Source: Psilocybe cubensis
Taxonomy: Eukaryota
Assembly: GCA_017499595.2 (NCBI GenBank)
Contig: CM039004.1
Location: forward strand, 496,001 to 560,000
Reading direction: 5' to 3'
DNA length: 64,000 nucleotides
Below, in pieces: positions 25,807-39,563 of this stretch. Both the position numbers and the translations under genes were made by a program. The stretch's first letter is position 1. Each line of letters starts with the position of its first letter. The notes below the pieces were generated by a model. That model searched no databases. It worked only from the letters and a program-made list of their open reading frames with translations, and was not told where the DNA came from.

Positions 25807-28063
25807 CGCAAACGAATGCCACGAAATTCGACAGGCGAACCTAGTACTGGAAGCGTACGCCAATCTTCAGCCACTTCGGGGACCTGAGTGAAGATCAAAG
25901 GGCTTATCGCAAATGCCCCAGCGAACAACTGGGGGGTACGTGGGCACGTAGACAGAAGAGTACTTGTTGCTCCATAAATATCCCCTTGGCTGACAAGTCT
26001 CAGCTGCTTTCCATCCCGCGTGGATGCTGTTGTTGTGCTGCATGCCTCGGTGAAGTTCCGCTTTTAGCATATCCGGTCAGGTGATTCTGTCTTGATAAAA
26101 CATTAACGCGAACGCGAACGCGTTATCGCGAGACGCGTTGTGCATCCAGGTTGTTGTGATCGCCTTGAGCCACATTGGATAAATAAAAGATAATGCTTTA
26201 TGGTTGCATGGAACAGGATGCCTTCAGGAAAGAGTCAGCTTTCAGGCACTCAAATTTCCTGAATGGGCCTGTAGTACCTGACCAAGAAATATCAAATGTC
26301 ATAATCCCATGAAATGTTACACATCCCTTTTAAGCTCTGACGGAGGACGCATGGTATCATACAAGATCGTCATTAGCGTTGGCCAAAGACGATTTGAAGG
26401 CGGTTGAAGTGTGAATTGGTGAGACGGAGAGAGAGATGGTCGATTCGAAATTCGCTGTCGCTACCCAATGCAGGCCTACCAGCCGAAAAAAAAGGTTTTT
26501 AACACCCAAGTAACAAGTCAGACAGAGCGAGAATATGAAAGATATATAGTCAAAAAACCTTACCTTGGAAAAACTACGACCACGATTTTCGCACCGAAAA
26601 AAGAAAATTACGAAAACTTGAGATCTTTCCATAACTTTACGATGCAGAAACGCTTGAACACGATCCCGTTCCCGAGTTTCTTTATAGCCTAAGAGTCCCA
26701 TCAGCAATTAAACCCTTTCAAAGAGCAGCGGGCTTGTTGGTTTGACTCGCTTGAACGGTTGGTAGTGGTTTGTGCTCAAAATGTAAATAATTTCCAAATT
26801 TGGTACACGAGAAACGCCCGACACATATTCACGTGCTCTCCGCGAACATCCGAACGACGTGTCGCGTCGCGCCTCGTCGCGCTAACGCGACGCGTCTCGG
26901 TCAAGAAACAACTGAACTTTCAAAAAAAAAGTCTGCCAGTACCCTATCAGCGCGCCAGACCCAAGATATCAAATAGCCCAACAACAACAGCACATTACGC
27001 AATAATATTCTAACTACGTTGTCATGTCATGAAAACTACTAAAGAGGAAAGAGAAAGAGTGAGGAGAGAGAGAGAAAACGGACACAAAACCTCGAGAAGG
27101 AAACGAAGTGGGTTATGTAGAAAAGAAAGAACCACCGCATATGCGCACATATAGAGGTTCATTATCGACATCATCATCATCAGCAACCCGCCGTTACTAA
27201 TGCAACCTCCAGGTATCCATTCCAATGACCAAAAAAAAATCAAAGAAAGGGGGTATTTCGTGCGACGCAAAAAAAACTGCAAAAACCGGACGGGAATATA
27301 CCAGAACCTGATATATAGTAGAAGCGGCGGTTATCGTGGAGTGTCGGAGGGATAATTAGAAGGGGTCGTTAGATACATGCCCATGTGTTGAAAAGGTAGC
27401 GAGGTAACGGAAGGTATAAATGTACACAGACACGAACGCGTTCGGTGGTGTACATACATGAGCTTAGGGCGTGTGCGTGTATTGAGAGGCTTTGGGCTAA
27501 TGTTAACAAGGGTTGGTGATGGCATGGCCGAGGTATGGGGCGGCCATGGCATAGACACTGCAGAGAGCAGTACGAAGGTTTGTCGGGATGTAAAAGGTAG
27601 GTATTAGAGACAACAACAACACCTTGAGGGATACTTGGTATATCGTGGAGTGTGGATGAATGTGTGTCATGCGAGGAGGGTAAGGCGGTATTACCAGTCA
27701 TCAACTGGTTTGTATAGGTTTGTATAAAGGACTAGAGGGGTGGTGTTTGTGGATTGGCGGTAGTGGCGAACTCCCAGACGATCCAGGAAGGCGGTTGATA
27801 GGTGTGAGATGGTTGTACAAGAATAGATGGATGAAAAAAGAAAGAGAAGAGAAAAGAGTGTCCATTTGTTACGACAGTGATGATGTGAAGAAATGCAAAA
27901 TGCAAAAAAATGTCCATGAGGTGTGTTCGTTCGTGCATACAAATGAATGCGAGGCGATGGGACATGATATAGGTTAGGTACTGGGTTTTTTTTTCTTGTC
28001 GACGTTTGAGCGGGTGTTGGCGAGCAGCATGCAGACAGGCGAAATAGATAGAAACAATCATCC

Positions 28064-31000
28064 TCAGTGCGCAGGTTCAGCAGGTGGCGAGGTTCCCTCC
28101 GCATTCCTCTTCACAGCAGTGTACGCCGGTGGCAGCTCAATCGTCTCCGGTTCATCTTCCCCATCCTTATCCTCCATCGGCAAGCTCGGGCCCGCATCAT
28201 CATGTTGAATCACATTTACAGCCCTCATCGGGCGTGGCACACCCTTCCTCCGCTCTTGACCCGTCGACGATCCAGCAGTCATCCCAAATCCAAGCAAAGA
28301 CGCCGTCGGGTCCGGAGAAGTCGCACGCGTATCTCGAGTGTAGAAGCTCGACGCCGTTCCACTCAATGGCCGTCTGCTTTCCGGGTCATCGCTCGTCTCC
28401 GCAATCGATCCGTTAATAGTCGGGTCGGGCACCATGAACGGCTCAGGCTGGTAGTACTGCGGAAGCTCGTTCGTGCGAGGTCGTCCACTAGGCGCCGATT
28501 CGTCGCCGTCATCGTCGTCCGCATTCATCAGGTCCACAGGACGCTCCTTGAACCGTTTTTGTGTCTTCTGCTTCTTGCGGAGGAACCAAATAATAAGGAC
28601 AATCGCAATCAAGGCAATAAGTCCACCAATCACACCGCCGACAATAGCACCTGTATTCGATGATCCGCCTCCGCCACCTATCCTGGTTCTGAAGATTGAG
28701 AGCACCTCGATCAACAATTTATTACAACGATCATCAACATTTCGAACTTACCCATCAGATCCAGTTGGATAACTTCCTCCGGCAGGACTTCCAGGCGTCG
28801 AGCTGGGACTACTATCTGACAAACAGCTTCCATCGTTGTTGATTCCAGAGCTAACGACATTGAACGTGCTGCCCGCCGTGCCATTGCCCCTATTATCGCC
28901 ACCAACAATCAACAGCGTTGTTCCTCCTCGCACATTCGGCTTCCAAGTAAAGCCAGTACCCTGAGAAGGGACAGTCGTAATTTGTCCTTGTGGAATGGCA
29001 AAAGACTGGCCTCCGGGGATAACACCTAGAAAATTAGGTGTTCTGAAAAGCGATTACAAGATTTATCAGTATAAATTATACCAAGAAAGGAAGAAATTGC
29101 ATTACCCCTGTACCGTCGCTGGATCCCACCACAGCCTCATATTCTGACATTGGACCACCTGATTTGGAGGCTCTATTGAAAAAACGAAATCCGGAGAGAC
29201 ATTGGTATCGCTTGAAAAACATGACGAATCACTGGAATCTGCGACTTTGGCGGCAACGCTGGTTCCACCAGAGCCGAATTTTGTGCTGTCGCTGACCTAT
29301 TAGAATGGAAAGAACATTGTCAGCGTCAACGCACAAAACTGGCGTAAAATCTAAAAAAAAGTTAGAAAAAAAGGAAAAAGAAAAAAAAAATGCGAAAAAG
29401 AATAACCAATGACAAAAAGAAGGAAAGATGAAAAGTAAAGATGTCGGGCATACGTCGGTCCGAAGAAAGCCTGACCCGGCGCCAACAGACAGGAAAAGGA
29501 CGACTGAGCACAGAAAGTCATCTGAATAGGCCAAGGCGCCGGAGCTAGTTGGCCTACAAAGATAGTCTCGGGTTCCAAGTAGCTAGGCTCAACCAAGCGC
29601 AAACGATTGAGATAAACTGGTACCAATCTTCTTGCTTCTGCGACGATAGTATCGGGACAGCATGATGAAGATGGCCTCGTGAAAGATTGACTATAGCTTC
29701 TCGCCTGACTGCGAAAGATGGAGATACGTCGACTGGATGAGAGCCGAGTCAATTGTGTCCTCCTAGCGGCCTGTATTCTCCGTTCTCCTGTCACATCGTG
29801 GTAGCATCAGCCAGTGAAAGTACAGCCTGAGCTAAACATCCCATTGTTGGTTGTAGCTGTGGGTACGCCCTTCAAGTCGAGACAACGAACGACGGGACCA
29901 ATGTTCCTAAAAAAACCATGGTAGGGTGGTGATGGAGATGGATGCGTCCCAAAAAAGCTCCAAAGCAGGATCGAAAATAGAAGGCCATGATCACTGCTCC
30001 AAAGATATCAACCTGGCGCGCACAGTGCGAAAAAAGGCCAACGAAGCTCAAGAAGATGAAGTTGGAATGAATTAGTCGGTGTATGGAACGCCCAGAATAG
30101 ATGCAAGCTGTGAATGTTGGTTTCCTTGGTTCTTGGGAGATAAGAGAAAAAAGAAACAACAATTGTGGCAGAAACCGCACATCTGGCGTAATCGAAGTCG
30201 AGCCAGAGTTCAGTACCAGAGTTGTTCGTCTTCCTTTGACGTTGGTGTGCGAAAAACAAGGGTCGAAAGTCGGTTGTCCATGACCGGCTGAACGCATGTT
30301 TGAACCCACGCTTTGGAGGTTTGAAGAATACGAGGTTCGGCGACAGCATCCCTTGCTATAGCGCGTACGACTTGGTGTCTTTGGCTAAAAAACCGCCCGT
30401 GAACCCCAGGTCTTGCAGAGATAAAACTGCGGGTCGTTACTCCGTGCGGCAGAACCTCCCACGCCCAGTACAGCGGTTGAAAATAACAAATCATCATCTC
30501 GACTCCAACTGGAAGAAAACGCGCTGACGAAACGTGATGTGACGTTACGTTGCTTGAGGTGGCGGAGTGTGCGCCACAGGGTGACAGGCAACACCGATGA
30601 CGAAGTTTACGGATACACGTCGCGATAAGACGTGCGTCGTATTTACGCTGTGTCGAACGGCCAGCTGTAGAAGATGATGGACTTTTCCACAACGACGGGG
30701 AGAGGTGGTAGATCGACAGTTGGTCCACATAACGCGGGTGGAAGGACCTCGATCTTGAAAGCGGCCAGATCTCTCCGTTGCCTAAAACCAGAATGATGTG
30801 GTGCATGTTGTTAACCGGGTTCTGGAAGCCATGTTCCTGGGCAAGTAGCGACGACTATGGGCAAAGTACCAGCTTCCACCAAAATGAATGAAGAACAGAT
30901 GAATCCATTTCCCGTAAGGATGTATCGTTGAAGATGAAACGTCCGAATATCGTATATGGAAGAACCGCGGTATGCAAATGCAAAAAGGAAGTTTAGTTTG

Positions 31001-31770
31001 ACTAGTGTAGCCTGCTAAGTGCTAACCGGCTAAAGATAGACGGATAACACGACAATGGATCAACTCTCATGGAGATGTCGAGAGGAAGTGGAGCCCTAGT
31101 GGATTTGAAGGTTTGTTAAACGGGGGTTGGGTGACAGGTAATATTTGCTATGTCGGCAGTTGTACGTCGGCGGCCCTACAGCGACCCAGACTAGACCATA
31201 ACTATACGGATTCAAGGCGTGGTATTTGCGCAGTAACCAGTCCTTGAATGACTGTTCTCTGTTTTGACGCGAGTTGCAAATCCTGGTGCTGGCCAACGAA
31301 AACGGACTGAAAGGGGTCTGGAAAAAAACAACGCCGTCCGGAACGGCACCAAAAGCAAGCGTGGAGAAAAGTGGAGAAAGAGAAACGGAAAAAAGGGCAA
31401 CAAATGGAGGCAAAAGAACGAAACTAATGGAGTCAAAAGCACTTACCACTGCGACCAGCTGCGAGTCTGCTGGATATTTAAGTAAAAAATCCACTGAAGT
31501 ACTGTCTCCGTCAAATTTGACGTCCATAATTTTGCGGGCCTCGATATTGTTCTTCAAAGGCGAAGACCCAATTGGTAGAATAAGAATACGATATGGAGGT
31601 ACACCGTCGGAGCCAGATATCGACACGGTGAGGTTTGAGCATTGCTTCGGGTCGTTTTGAAAAGACCACGAATACGCCGACGTTGTTGGGATCTGGTAAA
31701 GAGTGGTCAGGAAGGCCAATGGAAGAGCCAGGCGTCTAGTAGGCGCAAAAAGGGAGGAGGAAGACGCCAT
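28064..31770 (-). CDS. Signal peptide + Ser/Thr/Gly-rich ectodomain + single transmembrane helix + cytoplasmic tail with LPPAY (cell-surface sensor-like)
   Basis: Signal peptide ending TTSA/YSW; GAIVGGVIGGLIALIAIVLIIWFLRKK; ETIELPPAY; first intron 29297-31446 joins SQLVAV to VSDSTKFGSGGTS in frame. Confidence 0.8.
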
Positions 31771-33965
31771 TGCGGCGATCCTTGTAGGTGTATGTGGTAG
31801 TCCGGAAGAGAAAGGGATTTGATATCAACGACTAGTCAACTCGCGGGCCCTGCTCCCCGCCAGAAATCCACATGGGAATTCTACCTAATTCCAGGCCATC
31901 ACTCCGGTCACACAGCTTTCCGTGACGTCAATTCTTCGCCATCAGAGCCATCAGTCACACATTCATTCTAAACTTAGGGGTTAGGGGTTAATTTTGGAGA
32001 TGTAAATCCTAAATTCCTAATGCTGTGACGGCTCATGATAGGATACGAGCTGAGAAAGTTTAAATGATAGTAACTACATCTGCAACAGACTCTCGGAGAG
32101 GATCTATTATTGTCGCAATAACAAAACGGACACTAAAGAAGACCGAAGCTCTAACGCAGAATTTATGTGTTCATGTTGATACCACAAAAAATACGATCAT
32201 GAATGCAGTGATCTTCCAGGACCGCCAGACTTCAAATGATTTTCATTCAGCAGAAGACATGAGAATAGAAGTACAATTATAGAATAAAGAAATGACTAGC
32301 AAATTCTGTCTTATGTGATTTACCTTCATTTGTCCAATTGAATCAAAGATTGGAGCTTTAGTGGGGCTACACCACTAACCTTTCCAAGGAGTGTGGAAAG
32401 TGCAGTGTAAGCCTGCTGCCTTACTACTCTACCGTTTCTGCTGTATATATACTGTCCGTGATTAGGAAATATATCGTTTCTTAATTGGTTCTTTTACCTT
32501 GCCGGTTTGAGTGTCACTGCTGTGTTCGGACAGACAGCAGCGTTAGATGCAGGCCTTATACAAGCCACGCTTGAGTTAACTCTCTATTTGTCTGTGATTT
32601 ATATAAAACTACTAAAATCGTATATATGCACAAAGGTTTGCGTGCCCCGCTCTCAGCCTTGATATCTGCGAGAAAAGGACACCGACTGGCAGATTTTTTC
32701 ACCTCCAACTTGCTCAAATCTAGTACAACTACTGTGAAGAATCTCGGAGACGCTCTCTAAAGATCTCCGAAGGATAAACAACAAATTTGTTTTGTTTGTG
32801 AATGACATATACTACTAGATGGACCTTTTTTAAAAACAATCCTAGTTTATTCTCCTCACGTGGCGAACCATTGGAGCCTGCGTGAATGACTTGCAGTGCA
32901 GACAGTGGTGGAACGGCATAAAGAGTGTTGGTCATACGAACGGTGTCTACTGTACATAAGTAGGTAGCTAGGAGTATAGTAATGCCTAACCACGTGTGAT
33001 CGACGCAACACTGAAGCGCCGTCGCTCACTGATACACCATATGGTTGAGAGGAATACACAATGGGGCTACCATAGTTAGATAAAAGAAAGCGTGGGACCC
33101 AAGGGTAACATGGAAGGCATGAAGAGGAAACATCCTTCGAGCAAACTATGATAAAAATTAAGGTGCGCAGAAAAAAACAAGGGAATAAAGGATAGAGTTA
33201 ATGTGGAAACAAAAGTGTAGATGAATAAAGATAAAAAAGAGGGGAAAGAATTTTGAAACGCAAGAAAAGATGCAGCTAAACTGGTTCAGCATCGCTAGCC
33301 TCGTCCTTGAGGAAGAGGGACCTTACCTGGTGTAATAACCTGCTTCCTTTCTGCACAATTACATAACTGTACTAGTATTCAGTAGGCGAATGAGCAGAAG
33401 GTAAGTGGAAAGAGAAAAATGGGATTTACTGTCTGATAAACCAACGCTTGCCAGAATAGCAGTGAAAGTGAGAATGTTTGCCGCTCAGAGGTTCACCCTG
33501 AATGCTAGGATGGTGGTTTAACTTGAGGAGTCGCCATCAAATTGGATAACGAGGAATAATGCGGCCTTTTAGCCCTAGTATTTGAATTTGTTTCCAGCAG
33601 GAACTACGTCTATCTGTAAGCGTCCTACCTATAAGTTACCATTCAGGATCTTATCCAGCGAATGATCAGAGAATGTGCACTGACCACCTATATTTCATCT
33701 CACGTCGAACTATAGGATTTTGGTGCACATAATATTTTACTCGAAATGGTCTGTGGTGGTGCTTTCGATGTGAGTAGTTTTTTACCATCAAGTCGGCTTC
33801 AACTAATTGACTGTTTTGAAAGCCCGTTGTCACGGGGCACCAGGCTTACCTTCACAGCATGTAATTCTTACCATCGGAGAACAATCGAAGAATTTTATTA
33901 CAATATAACCAACCAAACAATAAACCCAAAAAAGAGAAAGACGAATCAAACGATAACCAAGTCCA

Positions 33966-36306
33966 TTAGTAGTGACGATGTGAACCCAAGTACTTGTCCA
34001 GCTTGCACATTTTATCCAAAGTCGCTATTTGTAGAGTGAGCGAGACACTTGACAATGACAGACATGGATTATACGCACGCGGAACGAAGCTCTGCTCAAT
34101 ACCCTTGATATCTTCAGCAAAGACAAGCGAAAGGCCCCTGTCAAATCATCGTTAGATACCCAAATACCGTCCAAACCACGTTGGACTTACATCTCCAAAT
34201 GCCAGTCAATATGACTTGAATAAAGCTTAGTTTACAGATGTTGAAGATGGTGTGAGATCACGAACCAATGCAAAAACCAGGGACCAGCGTTGTCAGTCAC
34301 GAACCGGATCGTGACTTTGTCGTTCGGACTGCCAGTTCCCATACTGACGACATCGCGTATGACTGGGTTACGGAAGTTATAGACGTCGCTGCCGGCGCTT
34401 CGAACAACGTGGAATGTATGCTGTACAAACAAAAAAAAATCAGCAAGCCATCAAACAACCATTAAAAAATAACGTACTCCGTGAAGATGGAAAGGATGCT
34501 GTATCGACGGCTGTCAGAAACAACTCGCTAATAAACCAAAATACTCACAGGGCTTCCGATGGCTTCTCCCGTCAGGACAAGCTCGATGACCTTGTTAGGC
34601 GGCAACTCGATGTACCCTCCCGGCTTCAAAATTTGCTGAGGCCTGTAAGCCTTGCTCGTGAGCTGCAAAAGCGTAGGAAGACTCGGAGTCTCGTATGTGA
34701 TATTGTTGATCAGCCACTCCTCAGCCACAGTATCCAACGAGACAAACAACGGCAGGTTCACATCCGCGTGGCCTGGAATAGGGATTCCCGGAGCCGGGAT
34801 ATTATGCAGTGGGTGTAGCTGCATCTCATCGAGCAATGGGAGAACCGGGACGACGTTTTTGGTTCTGGGATACGTCTCTGGAGCACCCACGTAGCGCAGA
34901 ATAGCAGAGTTGGCAAAGTTGGTAGTGCCAGCGTATCCGGCGCTCGGGATGGAATGGATCCAATAATTATCCTTGATCTGGTTGGCGTGCAGCACAAACG
35001 AATATCTCTGGCCTGCGAAAATGCGAAGAGCTTGAACCGTCACAGGCTTCACATTCTCTCCGTCGGCTTCGATGATGGTCTATTATCCCATTTGAGCGAC
35101 ACCTTGTACTGATATGGAAAGCACACCTACCATGTTATGTCCCCCGATAGAGAAATCGTAGAATGGGTCGCAAGACATTGAAATCAGCCTGAACCTGTAC
35201 CGCTTTCCCTGTTTTACGTTGATAACAGCGAGTGGGGTTTCAGTTCCGTTCTCCTGTCGGCCTAATCCGTTGATAAGATTAGAACCTGGAGCAGGGGGGA
35301 TGCCTCTAGGTACATCTTTAGCGTAGACATGATACCTATAGTCCGATGTTCAGCCAGTTCCGCACCCAAAGGTGCAGGGATACATACCAATCTGCGAGCG
35401 TAATGATAGTAGAATCTGAAGTCAAAGTTACTGAGCCATTCTTTGTTTTACTGCGAGTTCAAAAATGCATACCATCATCTACATCATATCTTCATCGATC
35501 GTGAGCTTTTATCCACCGTTGAGTAGAAAACAATACCTACAGGTGCTCGTGAGGGTCTTCTGGGTCATAGATGACCATGGGGCCTCTAAGTCCGTCGCAA
35601 TATTGAGTAGCTAACAAAATCAAGTTATATACAACATCTCTTCAACTTCAAGCCCACAAACGCAAGGACTCACAATGATGTGAATGGTACCAAAAAGTTC
35701 CCGCCTGATCCGGAACCTTGAATTGATAACGGAAAGAGTAATCCGGAGGGATGGGGCACTGCGTCACACCCACAGGCCCGTCCGCCCAACTGCTGTTCCT
35801 CTGGAAAAAGCCATGCCAGTGCTGTTGTTCATCGTATTCCGATGTTAGAATTATTCACAGTGATCAACACTATCAACCAAAAGGCACACACAATGCTGGT
35901 ATTCCTAAGCATCCGGTCGTCGTTGAGCTGGTTGATGACGTTGATATCGAAGGAGTCGCCCTGAAATAATCATTATGGCAGCAGTCGATGGCGAGTAGAG
36001 CATTGTGTGTATACCTTTTTTCCTTTAATTAATGGTCCAGGAAACTCAAGCGATACCTTCTTGCATGGCTCAGAATCTCCCGGAGCTCGTTCCGGATCTT
36101 CACAAGCTCCCGCTAGAGCAGCTCTAATAATGAACGCATTCAGCGATGTATATATCATTAAACGAAAGCTAAGCTTACGAGCGCCAATAACCATCCGGAG
36201 AAATCTTCTTATTTCCGATGTAGAGGTCCGAGGAAGGGCCTAGTACAGAGGAAAACGCACCAGTGGCCGCTACGAGGGTAAGCAAGAAAGTAGGAAGGGG
36301 CCGCAT
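33966..36306 (-). CDS. Laccase (multicopper oxidase AA1) A
   Basis: HWHGFFQ...[39 protein letters not shown] after splicing; signal peptide [19 protein letters not shown]. Confidence 0.93.
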
Positions 36307-37259
36307 ACTGATATACCGTCAATGAAAATCGCGCGAAGCTGCTTCATGACTTTATACGCTCTTCACGATTGAATTGAAGAAACACCTCTGCGGCTGGAGG
36401 TCGAACGGCCTACTCACAAACAGTCTCTGACGGGCGAACTTGTAGAGAGTAGAAAGTGAAAGCTTGAGCCGTCCGTTTGTCCCGCACGTAGTTGCCTGTA
36501 GTCACCTTCGACCTCGCAGGAACGTTACCTAGAACTCTAGACCCTCGCAATACCACATCCCATTTCGTGTTTGCCTGACTTTTTGGATCAAGGATCGACT
36601 CGAGCACATGGCGGCTCCACAGCGCCTAATGGGTTCAAAAAGGGAAGGTGCATATTTGGTTCGACTCCGAAACCTTGGCACGGACGTTGGATGCTCGATC
36701 GGTCGCCATAAAGCGCACATAGCCTCTACACGAGAACGCGACAAATGTGTCTGTGAGTGGAATTGAAGCTAATCCTCAGCGAAACGTCTCTGAGAGCCTG
36801 TTCCACTTCCGCATGGCATGGTTGTTGACAAGAAATGCGCGTTAGTGATCAGGATCAGGCACGTCGGCTATACCCGAAGTGAGCTAAGCCGAGGGTCTAG
36901 GCCCGTGCACGAGTCTAATTAAGGCAATTCTGCTTGCGAGTGGCTCTTGCTAGTGTCGGCTTGAGCCTTGCGATGAGTGATCCGAAACCAGCATGCCTTT
37001 GGCATAAGCGCCCGCAATAGGCCTACATATATTCAAAGAGTTATCCAGTATATTCATCACTGAAAATTGACTAACAACAGATAGCAGACGTAGGATCTCA
37101 ATCAAGGGCAGAAAAGACATTTACAAGTAGGCAATACAATTAACATGAACTACGTGTTTCCAAAAATTATTAGACTACATACATTGTTACATTCCAAGCG
37201 GGGCCGCAGAGGGAAAAGGGATGAATACCAAATTACATAAGCGTCGTCTCAAAGGGTGT

Positions 37260-39563
37260 TCAGTTGAACACTTGAGGTGGCTGTTCGTCGAATATTGGGC
37301 AAAGCTGATCAAACGAAGCTGAGTAAAACATGTCAGTATGATGGTACACCTTCTATTTTAAATAACGATGAGCTTACGTGGATGACGGCTTGAAGCAATA
37401 CCCGGAATGTTTTCTGCAAAGACGATTGCTAAGCCCCTGAATATTACAAGTGGATAAGTATGTGTACGCCCGGAATTTTAGATGACCCCTTACAATTGGA
37501 GATGCCAGTCAATGTGACTTGATTAAAAATAAATCAGGCAGCTGATAACAGAGGACACTCAATGGGCGTACCAGTGGAAAATCCATGGTCCAGCATTGTC
37601 TGTTACAAATCGAATGGTTACGTTGTCGCCTGCACTACCAAGGCTGACCACGTCGCGTATAACCGGATTGACATAGTTATCGACAGTGCTTCCAGCGCTC
37701 CGAATTACATGGAAGTTGTGCTGGGTAAATTATTATGAGCGTTTAAGCCGGCCTTAAATTGTATATGCATACCCCATGAAGATGGAACGGATGCTATTTA
37801 AATGCACGATGAGGACCACGATCGCTACGTAGATCGTATAAGAATAACTCACAGGGCTTCCAGCAGCGCCACCAGGTAAAGAAACTTCAATGACCTTGTT
37901 AGGAGGCAAGACATATACGTCGCCTTCCGGGAGGAGTTCCTGTGGCGTATACTTCTTGCTCAAAATCTGCAGAAGCACTGGCAAGGAAGGCGGCTTGAAA
38001 GTGGCGTTATTCACATTGAAAGCTGTTCCGTTGAATTGAATGTTGAGATTAATATTAACATCAGCGGCTCCGCGCTGTGCGACACCGGGAACGCCGCCAT
38101 TAGAAAGAGGATGGAGATTAGTTTCCAATAAAGGATTGTTAGTCGAAAGAGTAGTGTTTGGATCCACGGCAGGAGTTCCGACGTAGCGTAGAATGGCAGA
38201 GTTAATACCTCCATCGAATCCTATCGCAGCTGCAAGGTTTGGGTTGGCACGGATCCAGTAACTTCCCCTAGGTTGATTAGCATTCAACACAAAGGAGTAC
38301 CTTTGACCCGCAAAGATCTGAAGAGAATCAACTACGAGAGGCTGGACGTTCACACCATCTACTTCGATGACGGTCTGTTCAAAAATTAGTGAAGATTTCA
38401 GAGAGAGATAAATTACTCTACGTTACGCACCATGGTATGACCGTCAATGCTAAAGGTAAAGTTGGGATCACACGACATCGAGACTAAACGGAAGCGGTAG
38501 CGCTTTTTTGGCACGACTGTAATAACCGCCAGTGGGGAGGCAGGCCCGCCGGCAAAGCGACCAAGACCGTTGATCAAGACTGAATCTGCCTTAGGGATGA
38601 GTCCAGCTGAAGGCGATGGCGTATGGTACCTGTCAAACACAGATAAACATGGTCAATCAAACTCCTTCAATTCTGAAAATGTCTGATCGAACCAATCTGA
38701 AAGAGTAATTATAGTCGACTCTAAAAGCGTTTGGATCAGATGAAAGTGGATAATAGATCATACCATGTGGTCGGTGGCTTACCGTCGTCAATATCGTATC
38801 TAAAGCTGGAATTAGCGCCACTGTCGATTTTCAATCAACGTCAAGCTTACCTGGATTTATGCGGATCATGTGGGTCATATACAACCATTGGACCTCTCAG
38901 GCCGTCGCAGTACTGGGCGGCTAGCAAACGTAATTGGTTTCAATAAGTTGAACAGAATGAAGACAGGTGTTGAATTAAGCCACCGTAATGAGAGTGATAC
39001 CAGTAGGTCCCCGCCTGATCCGGAGCCCTAAACTGATACAAGAACGAATGTCCAGAAGAGATAGGACATTGGTTTACTCCAACTGGGCCATCTGCCCAGC
39101 TGCTGCCTTGTTGAAAAAATCCATGCCAATGCTAACAATGGTAATCATTTCAAGTAATGAGAGCGAAAGATTGTAATGCAACTTACGATACTTGTACCCG
39201 TCAACATAGTCGTATCGGTTAATTGATCAACAACATTGATGTTAAAAGGATCTCCCTAACAGAAAAGATTGTATCGGTGGTCAGCAGAATCATACGACAT
39301 TGAGCATTACAGAACTACCTTTTGGGCAGTAATAGCTGGCCCCGGGAACTGGAGTTTGTTAGAAGAAGCACCTGCAAGGACAGCACTAAAAGTAAAAGCC
39401 TATTTAGCAAGAAAATCAAACTTTCAACAGTGAAAGCGTACGAGCGACTGAAACCGTCAGGTGAGATGACCTTGTTCCCGATAACTAAATTCGTCGAGGG
39501 TCCAAGGGCAGCAAGTGCACCAGATATAGATAATAGCAAGATAAACCTAGAAGCTGAAGACAT
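37260..39563 (-). CDS. Laccase (multicopper oxidase AA1) B
   Basis: [44 protein letters not shown]; ends [16 protein letters not shown]. Confidence 0.95.

Noticed and set aside
29660-30500. Box C-like ATGATGA motifs in the long intron as snoRNAs
   Set aside because: No correctly spaced box D on the host-gene strand and no terminal stem found
32000-33900. Long intergenic stretch with purine-rich patches
   Set aside because: No ORF, repeat structure or RNA motif that I can support
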